From assembly GCA_002503985.1 (NCBI GenBank), contig DASW01000007.1, positions 108,435-172,434 on the forward strand: DNA of 64,000 bases, in the 5' to 3' direction. This stretch comes from Thermoplasmata archaeon UBA61 (GTDB lineage: Archaea; Thermoplasmatota; Thermoplasmata; Lutacidiplasmatales; UBA184). A program made the translations under genes and the position numbers. This document shows, piece after piece, positions 1 to 9,936 of this stretch. The notes below the pieces were generated by a model, which saw only the letters and a list, made by a program, of their open reading frames with translations, had not been told where the DNA came from and ran no database searches. Positions within the stretch are counted from its first letter, which is position 1. The number at the start of each line of letters is the position of its first letter.

Positions 1-609
1 CGCTTCGGGGAGGAGGCACCGCCGTCGGTCACGTCCGAGAACGGCCAGCTGGTCGTGAAGGTCAAGGACCGATTGATGGCCGGCGAGGAGGTGGAGCTCC
101 GTCCGGACCTCGTCGTCCTCGTCACGGGCATGGTCCCTCGGGAGGATGGAGAGGTCGCACGTGTCCTCAAGATCCCGATCGGCAAGGACGGATTCTTCCA
201 TGAAATCCACGTCAAACTGCGCCCCGTGGAGACGGTCGTCGACGGGGTCTTCATCGCCGGCGCCGCCCAGGGACCGAAGAACCTCGCGGAGAGCGTCACG
301 AGCTCGATGGCCGCGGTCTCGAAGGCCGCCGCTCTCCTCTTGAAGGGATACGTCGACCTCGACCCGATGGTAGCGGAGGTCAACCCGGACCTCTGCGCGT
401 GGTGCGACGCGTGCACCCTCGCATGCCCCTACGGGGCCGTGGAGAAGGTCGACCACGGTGGCACCGCGGTGGCGCGGATCAACGGCATCCTCTGCAAGGG
501 GGAAGGTGCGTGCGTGCCGGTTTGCCCGAAGCAGGCGGTCTCGGTCAAGGGATACACGAACGACCAGGTGCGCTCGATGATCGACGCGCTTGTTCAGGAG
601 GTCGCATGA
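1..609 (+). CDS. hdrA: HdrA-like heterodisulfide reductase subunit A, C-terminal part (5'-truncated by window edge)
   Basis: The frame is open from nt 1 with no stop before the ORF-track start at 55, which is a GTG. The C-terminus carries two CxxCxxCxxxCP ferredoxin motifs (CAWCDACTLACP, CKGEGACVPVCP) after a FAD-domain tail VFIAGAAQGPK. It is followed by hdrC and hdrB. Confidence 0.8.
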   Translation, partial: RFGEEAPPSVTSENGQLVVKVKDRLMAGEEVELRPDLVVLVTGMVPREDGEVARVLKIPIGKDGFFHEIHVKLRPVETVVDGVFIAGAAQGPKNLAESVTSSMAAVSKAAALLLKGYVDLDPMVAEVNPDLCAWCDACTLACPYGAVEKVDHGGTAVARINGILCKGEGACVPVCPKQAVSVKGYTNDQVRSMIDALVQEVA

Positions 610-857
610 CGGGCACGTCCCGCCTCCGGGACCTCGGAGAGGTCCTGAGGGACGAGCTCGTCGAGCAGGACCGTATCGCGGAGGTGCTCCGCGCCGGCCC
701 GAAGACGCTGCCCGAGATCGCCGAAGCGCTCGGTCGCCCGCCCCATGAGGTCACGAAGTGGGTGATGGCGATGCGCCGGTACGGACGGGTCCGAGACCTG
801 CCCAAGTCCCGGACGGACGACTACTACCCGTACGAGCTCGTGGAGGAGCGCCGATGA
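606..857 (+). CDS. small winged-helix (HTH) protein embedded in hdrACB operon
   Basis: An 83-aa ORF. Its ATG at 606 overlaps the hdrA stop (ATGA). The sequence LPEIAEALGRPPHEVTKWVMAMRRYGRV looks like a wHTH. Confidence 0.55.
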   Translation: MTGTSRLRDLGEVLRDELVEQDRIAEVLRAGPKTLPEIAEALGRPPHEVTKWVMAMRRYGRVRDLPKSRTDDYYPYELVEERR

Positions 858-1162
858 GGGTGGACCCGCAGTTCCTGACCCGCGTCCGTCAGGGCGGGGA
901 GTTCGATGCGAGCGTCTGCATGAACTGCGGCGTGTGCACCGCCCTCTGTCCGCTGGGGGTCGAACTGCTCCCCCGGCGACTCTTCCGGTACGTTCTGCTC
1001 GGCAACCCCGACGCCGTCCGTGAGCAGACGGAGACGATCTTCTCCTGCCTCCTCTGCCACATGTGCGAGTCGAACTGCCCGGCCGGGGTCCACATCACCG
1101 AGAACGTGCGAACGCTGCGGACCCATCTCAATCGCGAGCAGTACCACCTCGCGGAGGCCTGA
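854..1162 (+). CDS. hdrC: HdrC-like heterodisulfide reductase subunit C (2x[4Fe-4S])
   Basis: Motifs CMNCGVCTALCP and CLLCHMCESNCP. The ATG at 854 overlaps the upstream stop (ATGA) and is preceded by GGAGG. Confidence 0.8.
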   Translation: MRVDPQFLTRVRQGGEFDASVCMNCGVCTALCPLGVELLPRRLFRYVLLGNPDAVREQTETIFSCLLCHMCESNCPAGVHITENVRTLRTHLNREQYHLAEA

Positions 1163-1175
1163 GGTCGGAGGGACC

Positions 1176-2147
1176 ATGTCGGTACCGATCGGAAGCACTC
1201 TCGGCATCCTCGGCGACAACCTCCGCAAGCGCGGGAGCGCCCTCCCCCTCTCGCGTCGTGTCGCGACCGCTTGGGCGAAGGGGCTCGACCTTCCACGGGG
1301 AGGCGAGACCGTGCTCTACACGGGCCAGATGTGGCAGATGGTCCCGGCGATCAACGCGATGAGCCGACAGCTCGGCAAGTACGAGGGGCGGGGAACGCGA
1401 CTCTTCGGGTTCGCCCGCTCGATGAACAAGGTCGTCAACCTGACCCCGTTCCTCGCCCGGACCACTCCGAGCGAGCGAACGGCGTACAACGAGCGCCTGC
1501 GGAACATCGTCCGCCTCCTTCGGGCCGCCGGCGTCGAGTTCGGCTACCTCTACGAGAAGGACCTCTATCCGGGGACGTTGGCGTACGACGAAGGCCTTAC
1601 TCAGGGGTTCGTCGCGCACGCCCGCCGCGTGGCGAGGACCCTTCGCGAGAGCGGGGCGAAGCGGTTGATCACCGTCGACCCCCACACGACCAACATCCTC
1701 CGCAGCGTCTACCCGAAGGTGGTAGACGGCTTCGACCTGAGCGTCCGTAGCTACCTCGAGGTCCTCGCGGATCGCACGCTCACGGCGACCGAACCGCTCC
1801 ACGAGTCGGTCACGATGCACGATTCCTGCGTCTACGCGCGGTACGAGGGGGTCGTCGAGCAGCCCCGTCTCCTCCTGGCCCGCGGCGGGGTCGACATCGT
1901 CGAGCCCGAGCTTTCGGGTTCGATGACGTTCTGCTGTGGAGGCCCGCTCGAGACGCTCTTCCCGGGAAAGTCGACGGAGATCGCTCGCAAGCGGGTCGAA
2001 CAACTCTCCGCGTGCCGCCCGAACCTCGTCACCGCCTGCCCGCTCTGCCTCGCGAACCTCCAGCGGGTCGCCCCGACGGGAGTGGAGGTCCGGGATATCT
2101 CGGACTATCTGGTCCGGGCGTACTGTCCGGTCGTGACCCCCGCTTAA
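1176..2147 (+). CDS. hdrB: HdrB-like heterodisulfide reductase subunit B (two CCG domains)
   Basis: Cysteine-rich CCG-type motifs (CCGG, CPLC). GGAGG RBS before the ATG at 1176. Typical ~320 aa length. Confidence 0.8.
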   Translation: MSVPIGSTLGILGDNLRKRGSALPLSRRVATAWAKGLDLPRGGETVLYTGQMWQMVPAINAMSRQLGKYEGRGTRLFGFARSMNKVVNLTPFLARTTPSERTAYNERLRNIVRLLRAAGVEFGYLYEKDLYPGTLAYDEGLTQGFVAHARRVARTLRESGAKRLITVDPHTTNILRSVYPKVVDGFDLSVRSYLEVLADRTLTATEPLHESVTMHDSCVYARYEGVVEQPRLLLARGGVDIVEPELSGSMTFCCGGPLETLFPGKSTEIARKRVEQLSACRPNLVTACPLCLANLQRVAPTGVEVRDISDYLVRAYCPVVTPA

Positions 2148-2233
2148 CGTGCTGCTCTAGGAAGAGCGCGTCGCATCGCGTAGCAGTTCCGCGGGGCACA
2201 GCCGACGTCACGGCCCGAGCTCGGGTCGATGTC

Positions 2234-3028
2234 TCAGCTTCGGGCTATCTTGGCGCGGTCGATCTCCGCCTTGATCCGGGACGCGGCCTCGTCGGGGGTC
2301 ACGGTGACCGTTTCGCGTCGCCGCCCGGCCTTCTTGACCTCGCGGAGCCCGGCCACCGCGGTCGGGGAGCCCTTGAGCCCCAGGTACTGCGGGTCGCCGC
2401 AGAGCTCCTTCTCGTTCCAAACCTGCACCTTCGCGCTCTGGGCGAACGCCCACCGGTCGTAGTCGAGGAAGCGGGGCTCGTTGGAGCCGACGACCACGGA
2501 GATGACCGCGGGGACCGAGAGCTCCACGGTCTCCTTTCCGTCCTCGAGCACCCGCGTCGCGTGGACGGTCCCGTGCTTTCCTGGGACGAGACGCTCCACG
2601 TAGGTTGCCTGGGACGCGTTGAGCCATTCGGCGATGCTGGGGGGGACCTGGCTGGTCCCTCCATCCGAAGACTCCTCGCCGCAGAGGACCAGGTCGACCT
2701 TCCCGATCTTCCGGATCCCGGCCGCGAGCGTGTAGGAAGTGGCCAACGTATCGGCTCCGCCGAACGCTCGGTCGCTCAGCAGGATCGCCTCGTCCGCGCC
2801 GACGGCGAGGGCCACGCGCAGGTACGGCTCGAACGGAGGAGGGCCCATCGAGAGCACGGTCACCTTCCCGCCGTGGGCGTCGCGGAAGGCGAGCGCGGTC
2901 TCGAGGGCGTTCATGTCGGAGGAGTTGATCACCGACCGGGCCCCGGCCCGGTCGAGCATCTTGGTCGCGAGGTCGACCTTGACCTCCTCGGGACGGGGAA
3001 CGACCTTCATGCAGACGACGATATGCAT
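2234..3028 (-). CDS. etfB: electron transfer flavoprotein beta subunit
   Basis: N-terminus MHIVVCMKVVP with EtfB/FixA-like sequence. Start at the ATGCAT palindrome, 3 nt after the etfA stop. Confidence 0.9.
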   Translation of the reverse strand: MHIVVCMKVVPRPEEVKVDLATKMLDRAGARSVINSSDMNALETALAFRDAHGGKVTVLSMGPPPFEPYLRVALAVGADEAILLSDRAFGGADTLATSYTLAAGIRKIGKVDLVLCGEESSDGGTSQVPPSIAEWLNASQATYVERLVPGKHGTVHATRVLEDGKETVELSVPAVISVVVGSNEPRFLDYDRWAFAQSAKVQVWNEKELCGDPQYLGLKGSPTAVAGLREVKKAGRRRETVTVTPDEAASRIKAEIDRAKIARS

Positions 3029-3030
3029 CG

Positions 3031-4011
3031 TCAGGCCCCCCCGAGCGACCGCAGCAGGGATTCGACGACGGGACCGAGGTCCCCCACGATCCCGAGGTCG
3101 GCGTGCTCGAAGATGGGAGCTTCGGGGTCCCGGTTCACCGCGACCACCGTCCCCGCTCCATCGATGCCGACCGTGAACTGCACCGCGCCGCTGACGCCGA
3201 GCACGAGGACCAGCTTCGGTCGGGTGATGACCCCGGTCTGGCCGATCATCCGGTCCCGGTCGACCCAACCCGCGTCCGTGGCCACGCGCGTCGCGCCGAC
3301 CTCGCCTCCGAGGCGACGCGCGAGCTCCTCGATCCGACCGAAGTTCCCGCCCGTTCCCCGTCCCCCGACGACGATGACGTCGGCCCGGGTGAGGTCGATG
3401 GAGGAGCCTTTCGGTTCGAAGGAGACCCGGCGCGAGCCCACGTCCTCCTCCGAGAGGTCGACCTTCACGGTCTTCACGTCCCCGGTGGGAGACCCCTCGG
3501 GAGGCGCGAGGAAGACCCCGGGCCGGACCGTGACCATCTGGGGTCGCTTCTCGGGGCAGGTGATCCCGGCCTCGATCCCGCCGCCGAACCCCGGCACCCA
3601 GCCGACGAGTTGACGGCCTCCGTCGAGCTCGAGCGATGTGACGTGCGCGGTGAGGCCCGTGCGAAGCCGCACGGCCAGCCGTCCGGCCAGGTCCTGGCCG
3701 TTCCGCGTCGCGCCGAGGAGGAGGGTCGAGGGGTGGGCCTTCTGGATGGCCGTGCCGAGCGCCTTCGCGTAGGCCTTGCCATCGTGGACGGCGAGGAGCG
3801 GGTGGACCAGTTCGAGAACGTGGTCGGGACCGTATCGTTGGAGCTCGGAGGCCGCTCCGCCGTCGTTCCCGACGGTCACGGCCGTCACCTCGACGGAGAG
3901 CTGGCGCGAGAGCTCCTTCGCCTTGCCGAGGATCTCGAGGCTCACGGGGGTGAATGACGACCCGCGCCGCTCGGCGTAGACCCAGAGGCCGCCGTCGTCC
4001 GTGGCCGTCAT
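3031..4011 (-). CDS. etfA: electron transfer flavoprotein alpha subunit
   Basis: EtfA-like sequence with a FAD-binding C-terminal domain (VLVLGVSGAVQF, GIVGD). Confidence 0.9.
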   Translation of the reverse strand: MTATDDGGLWVYAERRGSSFTPVSLEILGKAKELSRQLSVEVTAVTVGNDGGAASELQRYGPDHVLELVHPLLAVHDGKAYAKALGTAIQKAHPSTLLLGATRNGQDLAGRLAVRLRTGLTAHVTSLELDGGRQLVGWVPGFGGGIEAGITCPEKRPQMVTVRPGVFLAPPEGSPTGDVKTVKVDLSEEDVGSRRVSFEPKGSSIDLTRADVIVVGGRGTGGNFGRIEELARRLGGEVGATRVATDAGWVDRDRMIGQTGVITRPKLVLVLGVSGAVQFTVGIDGAGTVVAVNRDPEAPIFEHADLGIVGDLGPVVESLLRSLGGA

Positions 4012-4015
4012 GGCT

Positions 4016-5140
4016 TCAGGCCTTCACTCGCCCGGCGATGAGTTCGGCCACGTCCGTTACGGGGATCGCCTCGGACCCCCGCTCGGACTCGAAGACGCTG
4101 ATGCAGTACGGACACGCGGTGGCGAGGAGCTCCGCACCGGTTCCCGCGGCTTCCTGGACGCGACGGGTCCCCGGCCGCTCAGCCGGAGGGGTCTCCATCC
4201 ACATCCGTCCCCCGCCGCCTCCGCAGCAGAGCGCCTGGGCGCGGCTGTTCCCCATCTCGACCACCTTGAGTCCCGAGAGCTCGAGCAGCCGTCGGGGGGG
4301 CTCGTAGACGCCGTTGTGGCGGCCTAGGTAGCACGGGTCGTGGTAGGTGACGGTCCCCTTCTCGGACCCTTTGGTGAGCTTCCCGGAGTCGAGCAGCTGC
4401 TCGATGGCCTGCGTGTAGTGGACCACCTCCGGCCCTCCGTTCGCCGACTGGCCGGCCTTGAGCGCGTCGAAGGAGTGCGGCGAGATCGCGATCACCCGTT
4501 CGACCCCCCGCTTTCGGAAAGCCTCCGTGTTCCGCTGCTGGAGGTCCCGGAAAAGCCCGTCGTGTCCGACCGAGCGGGCCGCCTCCCCGCAGCAGACCTC
4601 CTCCGTGCCCATGACCTGGTATTCTACGCCGGCGAGGTTGAGGAGGGCGGCGACCGATCGGGCGATGCGTTGCGCCCGGGGGTCGTAGGAGGCCGCGCAG
4701 CCGACAAAGAGGAGCGTGGAGCCCTTCCCGGGAACCTTCACGTCCTGCATCCAAGAGGCGCGCTGCTTCGGCGGGAGATGGAAGGTGTTGCCGTCGGAGT
4801 ACATCCCCCACAGGAGCGTCGGTAGCCCTTTCGGCACGTTCCGGGTGCGCCACTCGCGCCCCCGGAGGGTCCGGACGAGACCTACAATGTCCACGCCGCG
4901 CGGGCAGGACGCGTTGCACTCCGCGCACGTCATGCACTTCCAGAGGAACGCGTCGGTTTCGCCGAACTGGGCCTCGCGGACCAGTTGGCGCACCCGCAGC
5001 GGGGTGTTCTCCGCCAGGGGGCACGCCGCGGTGCACGTGCCGCACTGGAAGCATAGGTTCGCGTTGGTCGTGGCCGCGAGGGCCTCCCAGGCCTCGTCGT
5101 CGAATCGGACCGGGGCGGGGTTCTCGGAGCGTTGGGCCAT
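4016..5140 (-). CDS. HdrD/GlcF/GlpC-like iron-sulfur oxidoreductase (2x[4Fe-4S] + two CCG domains); probable ETF-linked FeS oxidoreductase
   Basis: Motifs CFQCGTCTAACP and CMTCAECNASCP plus CCG motifs (VCCGEAA, LCCGGGGG). Start chosen at MAQRS (5140) because of the AAGGTGG RBS; the first ATG at 5167 would overlap the upstream gene. Confidence 0.8.
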   Translation of the reverse strand: MAQRSENPAPVRFDDEAWEALAATTNANLCFQCGTCTAACPLAENTPLRVRQLVREAQFGETDAFLWKCMTCAECNASCPRGVDIVGLVRTLRGREWRTRNVPKGLPTLLWGMYSDGNTFHLPPKQRASWMQDVKVPGKGSTLLFVGCAASYDPRAQRIARSVAALLNLAGVEYQVMGTEEVCCGEAARSVGHDGLFRDLQQRNTEAFRKRGVERVIAISPHSFDALKAGQSANGGPEVVHYTQAIEQLLDSGKLTKGSEKGTVTYHDPCYLGRHNGVYEPPRRLLELSGLKVVEMGNSRAQALCCGGGGGRMWMETPPAERPGTRRVQEAAGTGAELLATACPYCISVFESERGSEAIPVTDVAELIAGRVKA

Positions 5141-5150
5141 GGCGACCACC

Positions 5151-8100
5151 TTAGCTCGCCCCCGCAACCGGCGCCGCCGGCGGCGACGTGACGTTCTCCC
5201 GTGAGGCGTTGTAGCGGTCGAGGACCTTCGCCATCTCGCGAACCTTGCGGGCGAACTCCTTGCCCTCGGCGGCGGAGATCCACTCGAGCTGGAATCGCTC
5301 GGGGGTGATCCCCTTGCGCTCCAGCATTCGACTCCAGGTCTTGAATCGCTTCTCCGTCCAGGAGTTGGCGTTGATGTAGTGGCAGTCGCCCGGATGGCAG
5401 CCGGTCAGCAGGACCGCGCCGGCGCCCTTCTCGAACGCGTGCTTGACGAAATCCTCCGAGACGCGACCCGAGCACATCGTGCGCACGGTGCGCGCGACGG
5501 CCGGGTATTGGATCTTCTCGATGCCGGCCTGGTCCGCCCCGGCGTAGCTGCACCAGTTGCACGCGAAGACGATCACCTTGTGCTGGGGGTCGTCCTCGAG
5601 GGCGGCGTCGATCTGGGCCAGGACCTGGTCGTCGGTGAACCCGGGGTTCGTGATGGCGTCGCGGTAGCAGTCGGCGCCGCAGGTCCCGCACCCCATGCAC
5701 GCCGCTCCGACCACGCGGACCTTCTTCTTGCCGTCCACGACGATCGGTTCGATGGCCCCGTACGGGCAGACGGGCACGCAGCGACCGCAGCCATTGCACC
5801 GCTCGAAGTCAACGAGCGCGACCAGCGGTTCCTTTTCGATGATCTCGTGAGAGAGGAGCCCGCTCGCCTTCGCTGCCGTTGCCAGGCCCTGCGCGATCGC
5901 CTCGGTGACGTCCTTCGGTCCCTGGGCGCTGCCGCACAGGAAGATCCCCGCGCTGGCCGCCTCGACCGGTCCGAGCTTCGGGTGGCGTTCGAGGAGGAAC
6001 CCGGCCGAATCCCGCGAGACCTTGAGCATCTGGGAGAGCTCCGGCTCGGTCGGCTCGATCGCGCTCATCAGGACCAGTAGGTCGGTGGGCAGTTCCACGT
6101 CCCGTCCCAGGAGCTCGTCCCGGAAGACCACGCATCCGTCCCGGATTTGGAGCGCCTTCTCGGGGGTTGTGTCGGGGTACTGGAAGAACGCAACCCCGGC
6201 TGCCGCGGCCTCGCGGTAGAGGTCCTCGGCACCGCGCGCGTAGGCGCGCATGTCGCGATAGAGAACACGAACTTTCTTTCCCATCCGTCGGAGGCGAAGG
6301 GCCTGACCGACCATCGAGCCGCAGCAGTATCGGGAACACTCGAGTTTCCCGTTCCTCGAACCGACACAGCCCACGAACGTGACCCGCTCCCCGGGCACCT
6401 GGCCCTCGCGGATCATCTCGTGCAGCCGCTCGTTGGTGATGCTGAGCGGTGCCTTCGCGCTCGAGAGCGGGCCCTCGGTCGCCGCCTCAGTGGAGGTCTT
6501 GCCTCCCGTCGCAAGGATCACCGTTCCGACGTCGATGACCTCCCCGGTGGAGAGATGGGCTCGGAACTCGCCGACGTGGCCCTCGATTTGGGCGACCACG
6601 GAGGAGAGGTGCACCCGCGCTCCGGACGACTCCACCTCATGGACCATCGCCTCGAGCAGCGGGCCGGCCTCGACCCCGGACGGGTCGATGTACGACATGA
6701 AGCGCAACGCTCCGCCGAGGCGGTCGCTCTTCTCGACGAGATGGACCTCGTAGCCCATCCGGGCCAGGCTGGAGGCCGAGGACATCCCCGCGGGCCCGCC
6801 GCCGATCACGAGGGCCGCGCGCACGACCTTCTGCTCGAGAGGGATCAGCGGCTTGAGCCGAACGGCCTTCTCGACGCCCATCCGGACGAAATCTTCGGCC
6901 TTGGTCGTGGCCTGCTCCTTCTCGTTCTTGTGGACCCAGGAGTCGAGGTTCCGGACGTTGGCCATTTCGAGGAGATACGGATTCAGGCCCGCGCGTAGGC
7001 AGACCCGCTTGAACGTTCCCTCGTGGGTCTTGGGCGAGCAGGCGGCCACCACGAGGCGGTTGAGCTGGAGGTCGACGATCTTCTTCGCCATGTCCGCCTG
7101 GGTGTTCGCGGCGCAGGCGAACCGGACTTCCTCGGCGTGCACGACGTGTGGCAGCGACGCCGCGTACTGCGCCGTCCTCGGTACGTCCACGGTGCCGGCA
7201 ATGTTGCTCCCGCAGTCGCAGAGGAAGACCCCCACGCGGGCCTCGCCGTCGGTCGGGAGCGGCGCGCCGATCTCCGGCTTCGCCCAGGCACGCTCGTTCG
7301 CCCGTTCCATCGACCGCGCCGCCGCTGCCCCGCCTTCGACGACGCTGTCGGGGATGTCCTTCGGTCCGGCGGCGCTGCCGGCCACGAAGACGCCGGGAGG
7401 CGCGCCCTCCTCGGTCATGAAGCCGTCCGTCCCGGTCCTTAGGCCTAGGACCTGGGCTAGCTCGAACAGTCCTTTCGGGGGCTTCGCGCCCGTCGCGAGC
7501 ACGATGAGGTCGGCGCCGACCTCTTGAAAGTCACCGGTGACGGTGTCCGCGACGCGGACCTTGAGCTCCTCACCATCGAACCGGACGCGGGACGGCCGTC
7601 CGTGGACGAAGTGGACCCCCAGGTCCTTGGCGCGCTGGTAGAAGCCGTCGAATCCCTTGCCGTAGCTGCGGATGTCCATGTAGAGAATCGTCACGTCCTC
7701 GACGCCGTGGTCCCGCGCCTGGACGGCCTCCTTGATGGAGTACATGCAGCAGAATCGGGAACACTGCGGGATGTTCCGGACGTCCCGGGACCCCGCGCAC
7801 AGGACGAAGACCACGCGTTTGGCGTGCCGTCCGTCGGACGGGCAGATGATCTCCCCACCGCTCGGACCCGCCGAGGAGAGGAGCCGCTCGAGCTCCATCG
7901 AGGTGAGGATGTCCGGGTGCGTTCCGTACCCGTACTCGGGTAGGAGATGGGGGTCGAGGAGCTCGAACCCGGCCGATACGATGACCGACGAGACCTCACG
8001 CTTCAGCTCTACCCCGAGCGGGCGGTCGTAGCCGATCGCCTTCGGCCCACAGGCATCGTAGCACCGGGTGCACGGGAGGAGGATCGGATAATCGTTGACG

Positions 8101-8555
8101 CACTGCTCGACGTCCAAGAAGTACGGCCCGGGGACCGCCTGAGGGAACGGGGTGTAGATCGCCTTCCTCGAGGCCAACCCCTGGTCGAAGGCGTTGGGGA
8201 GCACGACCGGACAGGCCTGGACGCAAAGGTCGCAGCGGGTGCACGCGCTGCTGACGAGGTTCCCCTTCTGACGGATCGTGACCTCGTACCCTTCCCCCTT
8301 CTTCTCGAGGCCCACGACGTCCGCGTCGGTGATGATCTCGACGTTACCGTTCTCCGCGACCTCGCTCAGCTTCGGGGCCTCGATGCAGATGCTGCAGTCG
8401 AGCGTCGGGAAGTTCTTGTCGAGCCCCGCCATGACACCACCGAGAGAGTGGGTCTTTTCGACGAGCACCACTCGGCAGCCCGCTTCGGCCAGGTCGAGCG
8501 TCGCCTGGACGCCGGCGATGCCGCCGCCGATCACCATGACGGGAGCCGAGCTCAC
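5151..8555 (-). CDS. tandem HdrA-HdrA fusion with C-terminal MvhD-like domain (1134 aa)
   Basis: Two FAD-binding HdrA-like modules (VIGGGIAG..., VIGGGPAG...), each with Cys clusters. C-terminal MvhD/FlpD-like segment (VIVFACNWCSYAGAD...CHPGDCHY). GTG start overlapping the OFOR gamma stop (GTGA); an alternative ATG lies 18 nt downstream. Confidence 0.85.
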   Translation of the reverse strand: MSSAPVMVIGGGIAGVQATLDLAEAGCRVVLVEKTHSLGGVMAGLDKNFPTLDCSICIEAPKLSEVAENGNVEIITDADVVGLEKKGEGYEVTIRQKGNLVSSACTRCDLCVQACPVVLPNAFDQGLASRKAIYTPFPQAVPGPYFLDVEQCVNDYPILLPCTRCYDACGPKAIGYDRPLGVELKREVSSVIVSAGFELLDPHLLPEYGYGTHPDILTSMELERLLSSAGPSGGEIICPSDGRHAKRVVFVLCAGSRDVRNIPQCSRFCCMYSIKEAVQARDHGVEDVTILYMDIRSYGKGFDGFYQRAKDLGVHFVHGRPSRVRFDGEELKVRVADTVTGDFQEVGADLIVLATGAKPPKGLFELAQVLGLRTGTDGFMTEEGAPPGVFVAGSAAGPKDIPDSVVEGGAAAARSMERANERAWAKPEIGAPLPTDGEARVGVFLCDCGSNIAGTVDVPRTAQYAASLPHVVHAEEVRFACAANTQADMAKKIVDLQLNRLVVAACSPKTHEGTFKRVCLRAGLNPYLLEMANVRNLDSWVHKNEKEQATTKAEDFVRMGVEKAVRLKPLIPLEQKVVRAALVIGGGPAGMSSASSLARMGYEVHLVEKSDRLGGALRFMSYIDPSGVEAGPLLEAMVHEVESSGARVHLSSVVAQIEGHVGEFRAHLSTGEVIDVGTVILATGGKTSTEAATEGPLSSAKAPLSITNERLHEMIREGQVPGERVTFVGCVGSRNGKLECSRYCCGSMVGQALRLRRMGKKVRVLYRDMRAYARGAEDLYREAAAAGVAFFQYPDTTPEKALQIRDGCVVFRDELLGRDVELPTDLLVLMSAIEPTEPELSQMLKVSRDSAGFLLERHPKLGPVEAASAGIFLCGSAQGPKDVTEAIAQGLATAAKASGLLSHEIIEKEPLVALVDFERCNGCGRCVPVCPYGAIEPIVVDGKKKVRVVGAACMGCGTCGADCYRDAITNPGFTDDQVLAQIDAALEDDPQHKVIVFACNWCSYAGADQAGIEKIQYPAVARTVRTMCSGRVSEDFVKHAFEKGAGAVLLTGCHPGDCHYINANSWTEKRFKTWSRMLERKGITPERFQLEWISAAEGKEFARKVREMAKVLDRYNASRENVTSPPAAPVAGAS

Positions 8556-9073
8556 AGCCGCGCCCCCGCGTCGAAGGCCTTCATGTTCAGTTCCCGGGTC
8601 GACGCTTTGACCGTTTCCCGAAGCGCGGCCTCCATCGCCTCTCGCGGAACGATCTGGGAAGCATTCGTGAACGCGCCGAGCATCACCACGTTCGCGACGA
8701 TGCGCCGTCCCAGGCCATCCGCGGTCCGGGTGAACGGAAGTTGGTGCGCTTTCTGAGCGACGTCATCGTCCAGGTGGACCAGGTCCACGTCGCTGAGGAC
8801 GAGCGACGCCGCCCTCGCTTGGTCCATGTGCTTGGTCGCCGCCTCCTGCGAGAGCAGCACCAGGACGTCGGGGTGCGTGACCATCGGAGTATCGATCTCG
8901 GCGTCGCCCACGACCACGTCGGCCTCGCAGGAACCCCCGCGCGACTCGGGCCCGTAGCTCTGGGTCATCGTGGCGTGCATCGGGGTGTGGACCGACACCG
9001 CCCGACCGAGAATGAACGCGGAGAGGATTACTCCCTGACCGCCGAACCCGGCGAACCGGACCTCCTTCCTCAT
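8552..9073 (-). CDS. 2-oxoacid:ferredoxin oxidoreductase gamma subunit
   Basis: MRKEVRFAGFGGQGV... is a PorG/KorC-like fold. ATGA overlap with the beta subunit stop. Confidence 0.85.
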   Translation of the reverse strand: MRKEVRFAGFGGQGVILSAFILGRAVSVHTPMHATMTQSYGPESRGGSCEADVVVGDAEIDTPMVTHPDVLVLLSQEAATKHMDQARAASLVLSDVDLVHLDDDVAQKAHQLPFTRTADGLGRRIVANVVMLGAFTNASQIVPREAMEAALRETVKASTRELNMKAFDAGARL

Positions 9074-9936
9074 GATTTCGACCCCCTCGCCTTCGCGACC
9101 ACCCGCACGTACCGCTCGCGGAAGGTCTCCCGCTCTCGGTCGACGAACGTGCCGACGACTATCGGCTTTCCGAGCTCGATATCGGTCTTCGTGATCTCGG
9201 TGCTCTCGACGCGGGACTTCAGGACCTCGAGCGCCTGGTAGTATTCCATCTCCTCGACGCCGCTGCCGATCTTGTTGGTCTTTCCGAAGCTCACCGGGCA
9301 GGGAGTGAGGATCTCGACGAACCGAAACCCGTGGCGGTTGACGACGTCTGCGAAGGTGTTCCGAAGCCTCCGCACGTCCAGCGTGGTCCAGCGGGCGACG
9401 TAGGTCGCCCCGGTCGCCCATGCGAGGTTCGGGAGGTTGAAGGGAAACTCCGGGTTGCCGTACGGGGTGGTGGTCGAGAGGGCCCCCGCTGGGGTCGTCG
9501 GACCGCCCTGGCCGCCGGTCATGCCGTAGTTGAAGTTGTTGATGCAGACGACGAGGATGTCCATGTTCCGCCTCGCCGCGTGAATGAAATGGTTACCGCC
9601 GATGGCGAAGAGGTCCCCGTCGCCGGCGAACGCGACCACGTTCAAGCTGGGGTTACAGAGCTTCAATCCGGTGGCGAACGGTATCGTTCGGCCGTGGGTC
9701 GTGTGGTAGGCGTCGGTCTTGGCGTAGAAGACGATCCGAGAGGAGCAGCCGATCCCTCCCACGATCACCCGCTTCTCCTTCGGGACCCCCGCTTGCTCGA
9801 AGCCGTAGATGAGCGCCCCCACGGCCGTTCCGATGCCGCAGCCCGGGCACCAGATCGTGGGCAGGTCCGCGCTCCGGAGCAGATGGTCGTACGGGTGGAG
9901 CTCCGGGGGGAGCGCGACCTCGGCGTTCGCCGTCAT
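9070..9936 (-). CDS. 2-oxoacid:ferredoxin oxidoreductase beta subunit (TPP-binding)
   Basis: Motifs WCPGCG, GIGCS, GDGD. ATGA overlap with the alpha subunit stop. Confidence 0.9.
   Translation of the reverse strand: MTANAEVALPPELHPYDHLLRSADLPTIWCPGCGIGTAVGALIYGFEQAGVPKEKRVIVGGIGCSSRIVFYAKTDAYHTTHGRTIPFATGLKLCNPSLNVVAFAGDGDLFAIGGNHFIHAARRNMDILVVCINNFNYGMTGGQGGPTTPAGALSTTTPYGNPEFPFNLPNLAWATGATYVARWTTLDVRRLRNTFADVVNRHGFRFVEILTPCPVSFGKTNKIGSGVEEMEYYQALEVLKSRVESTEITKTDIELGKPIVVGTFVDRERETFRERYVRVVAKARGSKS

Noticed and set aside
2148-2233. Possible bidirectional terminator between convergent hdrB and etfB.
   Set aside because: There is an imperfect hairpin (gctgct...agcag) but no U-rich tract. This is insufficient to call an archaeal terminator.
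4179-5799. Long ORFs antisense to or out of frame with the HdrD-like and HdrA genes (4179..5054, 4930..5799, 5379..6080 and others).
   Set aside because: These are typical high-GC shadow ORFs. They have Arg/Pro/Gly-rich low-complexity translations, no motifs, and overlap well-supported Fe-S/flavoprotein genes.
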